NCBI GenBank assembly: GCA_965285935.1
Contig: OZ260667.1
Coordinates: forward strand, 11,470,001 to 11,534,000
Source of the DNA: Ophelia neglecta
Taxonomy: Eukaryota
Direction of reading: 5' to 3'
DNA length: 64,000 bases
This document shows, piece after piece, positions 13,356 to 25,640 of this stretch. The translations under genes were made by a program, and so were the position numbers. Every line of letters starts with the position of its first letter. The stretch's first letter is position 1. A model generated the notes under the pieces. That model was not told the DNA's origin. It saw nothing but the letters and a program-made list of their open reading frames with translations, and ran no database searches.

Positions 13356-14021
13356 CAGCCGGAGCCCCGGAGCCCCAGAAACAGAACCAGGGTCCCAGAG
13401 AGAGAGACATCAATGCTAGACAAGAGGTGAGCGGAGATAGACTATTGGAGACATCAATGCTGGGCAAGGGGCCAGCGAAGATAGAGTATGGTGTAATGCT
13501 AGAAGGGGCCAGATGCACAGACAGTGGGTTCGGGCCAGTGTTAAGACACTGAAAACCGGGACCTAAGTTTAGGAGTGGGCCAAAGAAGGAATATAAAATA
13601 CAAATGTGCACTGTAAACCAAGCAGCATCTTTTGTTCCGCTTTCGTTGATTCTAGGAGGGAAGAGAGTGATTGGTGATTCCTTCCGTTTCTCTCACTTTT
13701 TGAAGCCCGAGAACATCCACATTGCAGCTGGAGAGCGTGTTCACGCCTTCCAGCTCTTCAAGCGGCTCTGGACGGTAGGTGACTGTCGGGTTGTGTTTTT
13801 GTTCGTTTCCTTCCGACTTCTCACCTGCAGTACATGTACATGTCGTCTGTCCGACGCGGAGTGGCGGGAAGCGGATGCTGCCTGTCTTTTTCCTTGCCTT
13901 ATTTTCGTCTCCTTCTGAGTGTGAAGTACGGGAAGTGGCCGGTGTTTTCATCCAACGACGTGTAACCTAACTCGGAGTGAAGTGCGAAGAGTGGGGACTT
14001 CCTAAAACCCAGATCCCTTGG

Positions 14022-14035
14022 GATCTCGCGAGATC
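14022..14035. promoter_or_regulatory. Palindromic CGCG element (TCTCGCGAGA; BANP/ZBTB33-type promoter motif)
   Basis: Perfect 14-bp palindrome GATCTCGCGAGATC; function inferred from the motif only. Confidence 0.4.
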
Positions 14036-15869
14036 TCGCTTGACACAAACCACCTTGATGGTGTCCGCAAGCTTTTAACGACACACCATACCGGCGTCAG
14101 ACGCTGAAATATTCATAGCACTGTCACTTAGAGGACACACGGGGAAGACAGACCCGGATGTCCGCTCCCAGGAGCATTGTGGCTAGCACAATCGGATTCG
14201 GTAAGGCGCGAAACCCGGATTGTGGGATATTTGAGGGTGGCGGATTCGGACTTATCTTGTCAGATTACATTGGACAGAGAGACGACTGGAGTGTGAACGG
14301 CTGCCATCGCCAAGTCACTAGCACACAGGCCGAACACAGTGCTCAGGAAACGGCGTAATTCTCTATACAATCAGCCAAACAAGTCAATTGCCGGCCATAT
14401 TTTACGGAATAATCCGTGGCATCCCGTGTTTATATCGTCATTTGACCGGCTAGACCTGCTTTATTACAAATAATTTCACCAAAGCTGGCGCTATCAGATC
14501 GTTTTAATATCAGATAATTTCCTCTGTTCACTTATATTTTTCTGTTGTTTGTGTTGGTACATACAGAGGCCACTATGATAATTTTCTGTTGACATTTGGC
14601 TGTAAACATTGTCGCCCAGTTAAATAGACCGACATCCGGATTGGAGACAATCATGACAGGAAAATTGTGCTATAATGATATCGGAGGCGCTATAGTGGTG
14701 ATCTTCTCAATAAAGATAATTTGGTTTCGGAGCCCCGTCAATGTGTACTGGTAACACGGCTACCGTCGCGTGCGAGCTGATCACCACGATAACAGTCCGT
14801 AGACAGGCATTCACAGCCCCATTGAGCTTGTAGATGATATTATTTGGTGGAGACCAGCCCCATATTTCTCCCAGAATTCAAAGCGCCTGACACTGGTGGT
14901 TGACGCCGGGACCTTGACCCCTCTCGGATGACCGCTGGCGGTCAGATTCAGTGACGTGTAACCCAAGTGGACGCCACATTACCCCAAACGACATTTGATG
15001 GGATAATAGTGTCAGACGATACCGAAATCAAGCCGGACAGACGACATTACAATAACAACATAACAGAGACAGCGGCGTCTGACCTCGAGCGGCTGACCTC
15101 GAGCGTCTGACAGCCACATCCACCGGTGATCGGAGTCGGCTGAGCTCTGGGAGGCGTCAGGGTAGAATCACACAGTCAAACATCAAGTATAAAGCTTCTA
15201 TTCAAACTAGTTCCGTATGATTCATTGAGGACATATCTGGAGATAATATCTCGCTTATGGTGATTGCAGAGAAAATTTAGTATAAATAGAGTAAATCTGG
15301 GGTAGCATTGTGCATGGTTTAATGTCGCGCAGCAAGTACTCGCTGCGCGATATTAGACCAGGTTCGACATTATTGATAATTTACATAATTTTAGGTCCGG
15401 AAATCGGAGCTGAGAGATTTTACGACCTATGGTAGATATGAATTGTTTGGCTGAGTGATGACTTGTCTTGTTCACTTTTGATAATCAGTCAATAAAGAGG
15501 ACGCCACAGGCGTTTCGCTGACAATCTGCTTGTTTACATACCCATGTGCTACTTAGTATGATTTACTCGTGGCGATGTCAAGCCGCTCACAAACAAACCA
15601 TTGATTATCTCGGCAATTAATTCCGAGGCGCCAAGGATAGAGTGTCATGTCGGCGACGACAACGCCGGGATGGCTCCTTTTTCTCAATATTTCAACCAGT
15701 CGTTCGATTTCCAACAAAATGCCTCACAATTACACCTTTAAATATTACTCAAATGTCTGTACTCCTACACATGCACTCCATTCGAACCCTCCGTCCTACC
15801 CCCCCCCCCCACCCCTCCCCACCCCCTCTTCACCTCACCACCTTGATCTTGGCAAAAATGATTTAAAAC

Positions 15870-16080
15870 TGACCCGTAAGAGGAGCAGGTCGCATGGGGG
15901 CGGGGAGTGGCGGGCGGGTGGCTAGAACATCCCTCGAGACGACCTGTAGAAGTCCCCCCCCTCCCCCGGCCTCGGGTCTGACCCGTCAGAGCAGATCGCA
16001 TGGGGGCGGGGTTGAGGGCGGGAAGGTAGCACCCCCCTCGAGACGACCTGTAGAAGCCCCCCCCCCCCCCTCCCCCTCCC
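15870..16080. repeat. ~109-bp tandem duplication
   Basis: TGACCCGT...GCATGGGGGCGGGG...CCCTCGAGACGACCTGTAGAAG-polyC at 15870 and 15979. Confidence 0.85.
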
Positions 16081-16704
16081 GCGGGCCTGAAACGTCAGAC
16101 GATCCCCATCAAGACGCGATCGAAGCTTGCCGACTGATGGAGCAGACAGCGCCGGTTATGTACTACAAATATTGATAATGGTAAATGAAATGGCGCTAAT
16201 ACGGCCACCAACAAGTTGTCAAAGTGTCATTCTGACGAGTAATGGTGTCACAGCCCGCCCGGCGAGGCCTGTGTTTTGTTAGACTAAAAGCCTACGAGTC
16301 TGGCTCCCTGAAAATTGGCGCTTGGCGACGGAAGTGGATTGTCAAAGAATGCGGGAGACTGCATTGTTGTCATAATAGTCCACAGGGGGCACAACGTACA
16401 AAAGGTCCCGGCTGTAGCGGGGAGACGCTGGACACCCCATCCCAGTAATTAGAGATGGTAGCACCATATGGCACCACACGGAGCACCATGCATAGAGCAC
16501 TCGCTCTTCACGGTACGAGACGCCCAAGACATCTCAGCTAGCCTCCTACAAAACACGGTACTATGACAGGCCCGATATGTACAGTGAATTAAAGGGGAGC
16601 TTTTCTGGGCAAGAGTAGGCCGAAAGGGCGGAAGGGGGCAGGCTGCCATGCTGTGGTCATTGGCGCAGACAAGCATTGATAACCTACGAGGTCACCCAAG
16701 CGAG

Positions 16705-17345
16705 GACTAATAATCTCATTTGTGGGGTATGGGAGCTAGACAAGGGACTAATAATCTCCTATTGGGGGTATAGGAGAGAGACTAGGGACTAATAATCTCC
16801 TATTGGGGGTATAGGGGCCAGACTGGGACTAATAATCTCCTATTAGGTGTATAGGTGACAGACTGGGACTAATAATCCCCTTTTGGGGGTATAGGTGACA
16901 GAATGGGACTAATAATCTCCTATTAGGGGTATAGGTGACAGAATGGGACTAATAATCTCCTATCAGGGGTATAGGTGACAGAATGGGACTAATAATATCC
17001 TATTGGGGGTAAAGGAACCAGACTGGGGACTAATAATCTCCTATTGGGGTATAGGGGCCAGACTGGGACTAATAATCTCCTATTGGGGGTATAGGAGAGC
17101 GACTGGGGACTAATAATCTCCTATTGGGTGTATAGGGGCCAGACTGGGACTAATAATCTCCTATTGGGGGTAAAGGAACTAGACTGGGGACTAATAATCT
17201 CCTATTAGGGGTATAGGTGACAGAATGGGACTAATAATCTCCTATTAGGGGTATAGGTGACAGACTGGGGACTAATAATCTCCTATTGGGGGTATAGGTC
17301 ATAGATTGGGGACTAATAGTCTCCTATTGGGGGTATAGGAGCGAG
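16705..17345. repeat. ~40-bp minisatellite, ~16 copies
   Basis: Unit GGGACTAATAATCTCCTATTGGGGGTATAGGTGACAGACT. Confidence 0.97.
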
Positions 17346-19371
17346 ACAGATAGTGTTAGATATTTAATAAAGCCTTCCGCCGGTGTTTACCGACGGATGC
17401 CTGTTTCACGAAGCGGGTTAATAGAAAGCTCCCACTTCAGCTGGTGTGCGGCCCTGGCTACGGACAGGCACGGATGATATATCGACTAATATGGCGGCGA
17501 GAGATAAACACGAGAGTTGTTAACGAGAGACGGCGACAGGGTTCTGAACGTATGACACATTATGCCGGCTGTCATTTTTCCTGTCGTCTGCTGGTACAGG
17601 CCCCGACCGCCGCCGAGCGCCTCGACCTAATGACATTGATAAACCATCAGGCTAAAGGCCACACAAATATAACAGAATATAGCTGGGGAGCTACACGATT
17701 AGCCCATTACCACAAAGCTCTAGATGGTATTAACCCAACCTTGCGTGGTTCCTAACTCCTTTTGCGTGATAGACCGCACGTCGGATGTGCAGAAAACTAT
17801 AGCAGAGGTCCCAGAAGGCGCAACACGCGAAAGTAACCTATCAGAGGCAAGAGTTCCGAGTTCTGAAGCAGTGGAGGATACAAAGCTTGAAAAAACCGCA
17901 GTGAACTCCATAAATTATCCAGTGATTATTGAAAGATCAGGCTTATGTGCTCCTTTTCTCTGTCACAAAGAGTTGTGAATTAGTTGCTGCTTTTAGGCTT
18001 AAGACCCAGACGCGTTCTTCGAGGGGTCAAGTGTCACGTGACTGCGCGTCATTAGCGTCTCTTCTAGTCTGCCCTCTTAATGTGGGAGCAAAATCGCTCA
18101 GAACAGCCCTTCAACCTAATATCGCCCACAAAGACTCTTCTAACCCATGAGAATGCTAGAGGAGCCTCGGATTGCGGCTAAATAGAGAGCTTCGTGGTTG
18201 CTAAACGACGGGTATTGTGTACGGGAGCGATATCCGTCAGGAAAGCCAACAAAGTTAGCAGGAAGAAGTGAGCGCGGCCTATTGGAGTTGAATCGGCCCC
18301 TCCGTGATGGCTGCGCAGGCAGACGCGCCCTTTTGTCCTCTTATGTTCAGCGTCGGATCAGATGGAAATGTGATTACAGCAGACGACATTCAGCTTCCCG
18401 CTCGGCACGAATCTCACAATCGGAGCTAATTGTTTTACGGGTTAAATGTGCTCGGACGTCGGACGCTGAATGTCGGAAAGCAGAATTTACTGGCTTTACA
18501 CCACTCCGGCGCCGCCGCCATCTCACGGTGACAGGACGGGTATATAGATCTGCATTAAAATGCCCCTGACTTAATTGTGCTACTCCGGTGGCTACGTGCC
18601 TCCCTCCCGTGTATTAGGGATCACCCGGGATCAGCCGATAAAGGAAGACGCCCGCTACCGCCAGAAAGCCATCAACCGGATTGACAGATTCACTGGTAAC
18701 ATAGAAAAACTCCAAAGTGTGTGTGTAATAAAGACTAATAGATGGTCATTAGAACACCCACAATTAGAATGTTTTCACCTATCAAACCCAATCTACGGCC
18801 TGCGGAATACCTGCCTACATCTCCCGGTAATCCCCGCTTTATATATACTAAAACGGACTTTATCTCTCCACCGCGAGCCATATTACCGTCTATAACAACT
18901 TAACCGATCGTCTTGATATCGTGAGTTTTAAGGAGTTTCCGGGTTAACCGAAACATAGATATTGATAGGCGTTCCTTCAAGGGACATGATTTTAGGGTCG
19001 GCCATCACCTAGCCGATCTCAACCTCAAACAATCACTCTCCCCTTCTCCCCTTCTCTGCGCCCCCCCCCCCACCTCCCCCCCGTAAACGAGCTAACCGTT
19101 CAGATTTCACGCCAGCCTGAGAACCCAATAAGATCCGGTCTCATCTCCCAACCCAGGCCCCCCCCCCTCTCCCCGGCGGAAAATGAGCTGTTCATCAGGT
19201 TTCTCTTACACTGACCCCCAACCTTAGCCCAACTCACACACACTCGCTGACACCACAAGCCTAGATGTATCCCCCGTCCCCAACGCAGGTTACCATCTCG
19301 GGAACGAGCCGCCAAAAAGGCCCCCACCCGGGGGCCCCCACCCCTGACTAACACCCCAAACATAGAGAACC

Positions 19372-19808
19372 CTCCTCCCGTCCGACTGTCTCCCCCTCCT
19401 CTCCCCGCCCCCTCCGCTTGTCTCCCCCCTCCCGTCCGACTGCCTCCCCCCCGTCCGACTGTCTGCCCCCCCTCCCCCCGTCCGACTGTCTCCCCCTCCT
19501 CTCCCCGCCCCCTCCGCTTGTCTCCCCCCTCCCGTCCGACTGCCTCCCCCCCGTCCGACTGTCTGCCCCCCTCCCCCCGTCCGACTGTCTCCCCCTCCTC
19601 TCCCGCCCCCTCCGCCTGTCTCTCCCCCCCCCTCTACCTTTGTCCCCCCCCCCGCCAGTCTCCCCCCTCCTCCTATCTCCCCCCCCCTCCGCCTGTTCCC
19701 CCCCCCTCCGCCTGTTCCCCCCCTCCGCCTGTCTCCCCCCCCCTCTGCCTTTGCCCCCCCCCGCCAGTCTCCCCCCTCCTCCTCCTGTCTCCCCCCCCCA
19801 CCGCCTGT
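19372..19808. repeat. C-rich repeat with ~100-bp higher-order period
   Basis: CGTCCGACTGTCTCCCCCTCCTCTCCC at ~19379, 19479 and 19578. Confidence 0.9.
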
Positions 19809-20138
19809 TGAGCTCCCTTCCCTCTGGGATCGAGCTGCCCATCAGGTCCTCTCCCCCGACTGACACCCCAAACCAGGAGAGATCACCTCGGGGGCCTCAG
19901 TCCCTCCAAACATGTGGAAAAGCCATTTATATTCCGTCAACTCATTAGGCCTGATTGAGGGACATTAGGACAACTCGCTGTGTGAACGCGACATGATCGC
20001 CTCACAATCCGAGAGCAAGAACCTCTCGATCGTCCCCCCGGGCTCCGGGCGACCAAACGGCGTCCACAGAACAGTCAGGTCTCAGCAGTGGGCCTCGAGG
20101 CCGAGGCTCGGACGGCACAGCGGTGCTCACTGGGCCTG

Positions 20139-20594
20139 CTGGGGGGCTCTATAAAGTTGGATCTGTTCTAGCGAGCTGCACTGGTAAAGCTGGCTAGCGT
20201 TTAGCTGGCTAAAATACAAGCTAGATACTTAAATGGTGAGCAGGCATTGTTTAGTCAAATCTAATGCCTAGCATGGCTAATTAATAACTGAGATTGGCCG
20301 GGTTTCCTTGACCACACTTGAGCTGGACTAGCCTATCATCAGCCGTACATACAATTGCGTAAAAAGTGTGTTTCATGCACTACAGAGTTCTATAGATAGG
20401 TACTGGCTTAAATCTTAGCCAGAGATGAAGTGGCAGACTGACTGGATTTAGGATTTAAGCTAAAGTTTACCATACAGGGTTTAAATCCTAGCCAGCTCGG
20501 CTTAACCAAACCGTTTAGCCTAGTAAATATAGCTTTAGCTGGCTATCTAGTTGGCTAACCATGCACTCATCCGACTTTGGTGAGACACCCCCGG
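20139..20594. mobile_element. Probable decayed palindromic MITE (non-autonomous DNA transposon, possibly PIF/Harbinger-like)
   Basis: Imperfect TIRs: left CTGGGGGGCTCTATAAAGTTGGAT vs right (revcomp) CCGGGGGTGTCTCACCAAAGTCGGAT; internal inverted repeats TAGGATTTAA/TTAAATCCTA and many TAGCTGGCTA/TAGCCAG motifs. Confidence 0.55.
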
Positions 20595-21289
20595 GTCCGA
20601 AATTGTCTCCAAGTCATCGGCACCATCCGTGAAAACTCTCTAAACCATATATATATAGTGATACTTCCGAAAACATAGCAGGAAATGGCCGGTTACTTCC
20701 CACTACAGAGACTTAAACTTTACTTGAGAAGGAGCAAATAAACTTTTTTTTAACTGGACTATGTCCCGCAGAACTTCAGCCGTCACCTTGTTACAGGCTT
20801 AAGGCGGCAACATCACGCACCGTCTTATTCCGCGTAAAAGGGCGGCTAACTCCACACATGAAGGGCTTATTCACGAAATGCGTGATAAGGCTATTACTGC
20901 GCGCATTTAGACGATGAGCGGGATTACCCGAACCTGCCTGTTGTGCTTGTGAATGTTTCCCTATTCATTTAATTTATCTCCTGTTTAATTATCGCAGAAT
21001 TCGACAGCCCACGGAGTGCAAGCGTCGGTGTTGTTAGCCAGACAGACCCCAGCTCCCCGGTTCTCTCCTGGTCCTTCTCCCCACATCCCACCACCGATCG
21101 CCTTAAACAATTTACTTCAGACCCCGGGAGGAGTCGCTCAATTTACGCCTTACTTATTGTAAGTGCCCTGAGTAATGGGCGAGACCGGGGCGAGATTTAA
21201 CGAGAAGTGGGAGAGCAGATATCTGTCGGAGTACGTGACGTTTATATATCAGAGTTAGACGCCAGTCAGGAGTGTTAGCGCCAAGGACG

Positions 21290-21470
21290 AGAGACGGGCC
21301 TATCACGGGGTCCGTGAGAAACGAGGGACGGGCCTATCACGGCGTCCGTGAGAAACGAGGGACGGGCCTATCACGGGGTCTGTGATAAGCGAGATACGGG
21401 CCTCTCACGGGTCCGTGAGAAACGAGATACGGGCCTCTCACGGGGTAAACGAGAAACGGGCCTCCCACGG
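21290..21470. repeat. ~34-bp tandem repeat, ~5 copies
   Basis: GAGAAACGAGGGACGGGCCTATCACGGGGTCCGT. Confidence 0.9.
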
Positions 21471-21485
21471 CCTCGGTGTCCGTGA

Positions 21486-22226
21486 GCAGTTCCCGGCCCA
21501 CACGGCCGTCTTTACACCACACCACAGCAGTTTCCGGCCCACACGGCCGTCTTTACACCACAGCAGTTCCCGGCCCACACGGCCGTCTTTACACCACAGC
21601 AGTTCCCGGCCCACACGGCCGTCTTTACACCACACCACAGCAGTTCCCGGCCCACACGGCCGTCTTTTCACCACACCACAGCAGTTCCCGGCCCACTCGG
21701 CCGTCTTTACACCACAGCAGTTCCCGGCCCACACGGCCGTCTTTTCACCACACCACAGCAGTTCCCGGCCCACACGGCCGTCTTTTCACCACACCACAGC
21801 AGTTCCCGGCCCACTCGGCCGTCTTTACACCACACCACAGCAGTTCCCGGCCCACACGGCCGTCTTTACACCACACCACAGCAGTTTCCGGCCCACACGG
21901 CCGTCTTTACACCACACCACAGCAGTTCCCGGCCCACTCGGCCGTCTTTACACCACACCACAGCAGTTTCCGGCCCGCACGGCCGTCTTTTCACCACACC
22001 ACAGCAGTTTCCGGCCCACATGGCCGTCTTTACACCACACCACAGCAGTTCCCGACCCACTCGGCCGTCTTTACACCACACCACAGCAGTTCCCGGCCCA
22101 CACGGCCGTCTTTACACCACACCACAGCAGTTCCCGGCCCACACGGCCGTCTTTTCACCACACCACAGCAGTTTCCGGCCCACATGGCCGTCTTTACACC
22201 ACAGCAGTTCCCGGCCCACATGGCCG
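21486..22226. repeat. 41/36-bp minisatellite, ~18 copies
   Basis: CAGCAGTTCCCGGCCCACACGGCCGTCTTTACACCA(CACCA); contains palindrome ACGGCCGT. Confidence 0.97.
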
Positions 22227-23972
22227 TACCACCTTTTCACCCTAACCGCACCCTGGTCACTTAGCAGGGGACCTATTGGGTCGTCTTCGCCCCCCACCTT
22301 TGCTGTTCCCCCTTGGCCCGGACCGGATGGTCCTTTGATCCTCACCTTTGCCGTCAAGCCCCCCGAGCCACGGCCACTCCGCCGGTCCATTGCGTATTCC
22401 ACCCTAGGTTTCTGTAGATCACCGAGATTAACCACAGAAGTAACGCACTCTGACAGAAAGTGAGATTCAATTATCGTATTAGTCGGGCCGTGCTCGCTGG
22501 CGGGCGAGCCATTCCGGATAACGAGAGGATCTGTCCATGAGGCTTACCGGGCACGCCGGGCGTGACAGGCCGGTGTGGGCCACACGGTGAGCAGGCTGTC
22601 CGGGGCGGGGAGGGGGGGGGGTACCATCGGAAGAAGAAAAACTAATTGGGACTAGGGGATGGGGTGTAGTGAGACATTAAACATCGAACCACATGCAGGG
22701 CTCGATTGTCAGGCCGGGGTGCTGGGTCTGGGGGGGGGGGGGGGGAGGAAGGAGGGGTTTGTGGTGGAGGCTTGCACGGATAGGGCAATAGGTGACCGCG
22801 AGATCCTGTTAGGCCTAATACGTGGGCCCGTCGTCCGTTTGGGTCAGATCACGGAGGAGGTAAGGAGGGGAGGGGACGAAACTGCCTGGGTCGAATAATG
22901 AGGGAGGTTTTTTTTATGGAGGGGGGGGTGGGGTCTGAACTGACGCCCGCTTCTGTCGGGTAGATCCGGCGTCCCTGGTTATTACCAGTACACATTAAGC
23001 ACGTCCCTTTGTAATCCTCGTTTTTGCCGTCAATAGAACCTGGCTTAGCCTGATGTATAGACTTAGCTGTAATTGCCGGCAGGCTGAGAGGCCGGGCTAA
23101 AAACCCACCGACTCGAGGCATCTCAAGTCTCCGACTAATACCATGTCGCACGAATGGAGAGCAGCGGAACACATTAAGTGGCGGCTTGCTCTCTATCGGC
23201 TGCCTTGTCAGAAAACGGCGGGAAGAGAGCAGACGACACAGAGAGAATGATCTGGCCGGGAAGTGATCGCTGGAGACGACAATAAACAAGCAGGGCAACT
23301 GCAGACATTAAACTCGAGTGATCTGCTTAATTGTTATTTAAAATGCACTCTGCCGCCCCCTTTGTCTCTAATAGACTTGCTTTGTTTCAATTACCGTTTG
23401 GAGATGGGTGCTTTATAATTATTTGCTACATCGTTTAGACTTTGACCTTACATTTATATACCTGACACTATGAGCTACGGCCACATTGTCAAAAGCAACA
23501 AGTCCTCTAACATGTCTGTAGTAGGGATTTCTCGCCGCCTCGACCATGGCTCGTGTCCCCTTCCGGCTTGCTGCACGGGTTCCAGAGACCAGCCCAAGTC
23601 GCTGGGGTGGAGATCTTTATCTTAAACAGGAACTAGAGCTTGTGATGCGTACATCCCGGACTTGTTTGACAGTAGCAGGGGTGACAAGGCGTGCGGCTAT
23701 CGCGGCAAATCTCGCCCGGGATCTCTCGGGGACATCACGGTCTGCGGCCCTGAGGCCCGAGACAATCTTCTCAGCAAACACTCGGCCATCCACTCCCGCG
23801 CCTCGGCCCGCCGCCCCGGGCCCCTGGGTCTGGTCGATCACCGGCAATTTACACGCATCACCAACCCGACAGGCGAGCCGAGAGAAGCAATCGGCGAGGG
23901 GAACGGGATGGGGGGGGGGTTCGGATTATAGGCAGGGGTATGAGGACAACGGTGAGGGGACGGAGGCAGGGG

Positions 23973-24145
23973 CGCTACAATCGGAGAGAACAGGGCAGTG
24001 GTGCTACAGTCAGAGAGGACGAGGGCAGGCGACTACAATCGGAGAGGACGGGAGCAGAGGTGCCACAATCGGAGAGGACGGGAGCAGAGGTGCTACAATC
24101 GGAGAGGACGCGGGCGCTACAATCAGAGAGGACGAGAGCAGAGGT
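23973..24145. repeat. ~30-bp tandem repeat, ~6 copies
   Basis: GCTACAATCGGAGAGGACGGGAGCAGAGGT. Confidence 0.85.
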
Positions 24146-25207
24146 AACGAAGGGCTAGAAGATTGGTAAGGGTGTGGCATCGGCGTCAAGACTGACGATA
24201 GTGCGTCGAAGGGGATCGAGAACCGACGGAACAAAGGTTCGAGACAATATGAAGAAAGTAAGACCAGCATGCCTTCTTACAAGGTCCTATACCCCCTCCC
24301 CTCTAAGCCCACTCCCCAAACCCCACCGCTCGCCCTCCCTCTCCGAGAACTCCCTATACTCCCCCCCTCCCCCGCCCTTTACCCACTCCCACCACCCCCA
24401 TCCCTCGCCCTCCCTCTCCGAGAACACCCTATACCCCCTCCCTCCCCCTCCCTATCTCTCTCTCTCTCTCTCTCCAATGGCACCCTGTGATCCCCCCCCC
24501 CTACTCTTCGCCAGTCGGTGCAGGCCGAGCACGCCCCGGACGTCCGTTGTTGACTAGAGGGCCATGTATCTGATGTCGGGCCGCCACCCCTCTCGCCCGG
24601 CTGAGTCGGGGTGTAATCTCCGATCTTCTCATTGCCCAAGTCGCCGGAGTTACCAGATGAGCCGTGAGAGAAGTGGCTCAGGGCGGGAGGGAGATGGGAG
24701 GGAGATGGCTGCTGAGCGGCCAGCGCTCCGACGGGCTGTGTACACGGCGTGGATCGTCAAATGAAGCGGACACAGCTCATTTCAGGCTTCATGTCGCCCG
24801 TCTTGGTTAATGTGGCGGGGACGTGACGGAGCAGCCACCGAACGTGACGGCCGGACACGGGGGGTTAGGGGGGTACAGGGGCTAGGGGAGTGGTCGAGGG
24901 GGAGCTTGGGGTTCTCTGCGGGAGGGGCCTACGAGTATGTATCCCGGGGAAAGCAGGCACAGGGGTAGTATGGAGGGATACCAGGAAGGTAGGCACTGAA
25001 ATGGATGGTGTCTGACTCCACGATTGGGAGGGGTTTTAGAACAGTCCAAGAACAAGAGGGTGTTCCAGGTGTGTTGCTGATAACATAGGCCCACAGAGGC
25101 TCCCAAAGGGTGTCTCTGTCAACATAGGCCCATCGAAGCTCCCAGTTGGCGTCCCTGTTATACGGCAGCGCACATATAGGCCTACGGAAGGACCTCCCAG
25201 CGATCTT

Positions 25208-25640
25208 GGTCTCGGTTTTCAGGGCGGTCTCGGAGTTGGTTTTCACCCCGAGTCAGGCCGGTCTCAGGGTCGGTTTTCACTCCGTGTCAGGCCGGTTTCG
25301 GTTTTCACCCCGAGTCAGGCCGGTCTCGGTTTTCACCCCGCGTCAGGCCGGTCTCGATGTCGGTTTTCACTCCGTGTCAAGCCGGTCTCAGGGTCGGTTT
25401 TCACCCCGAGTCAGGGCGGTCTCGGTGGCAGTTTTCACTCCCAGTCAGGCCGGTCTCGGTGGCGTTTTTCACCCCGTGTCAGGCCGGTCTCGTTGTCGGC
25501 TTCCACTCCGAGAGTCAGGCCGATCTCGGAGTCGGTTTTCACCCCGTGTCAGGCCGGTCTCGGTGGCGGTTTTCACTCCCAGTCAGGCCTGTCTTGGTGG
25601 CGGTTTTCACCCCGAGTCAGGGCGGTCTCGGTGGCGGTTC
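25208..25640. repeat. ~34-bp minisatellite, ~12 copies
   Basis: GGTTTTCACCCCGAGTCAGGCCGGTCTCGGTGGC. Confidence 0.93.

Noticed and set aside
13699-13720. Kinase-like LKPENI on the + strand
   Set aside because: No preceding HRD and no following DFG
17724-17978. Purine-rich, exon-like ORF
   Set aside because: Weak splice sites and no recognisable homology; cannot be excluded without RNA data
21382-22463. His/Thr/Pro-rich ORFs, and similar ORFs at 12.7-13.6, 19.3-19.9, 28.3-28.9, 33.7 and 36.8-37.7 kb
   Set aside because: Tandem-repeat artefacts
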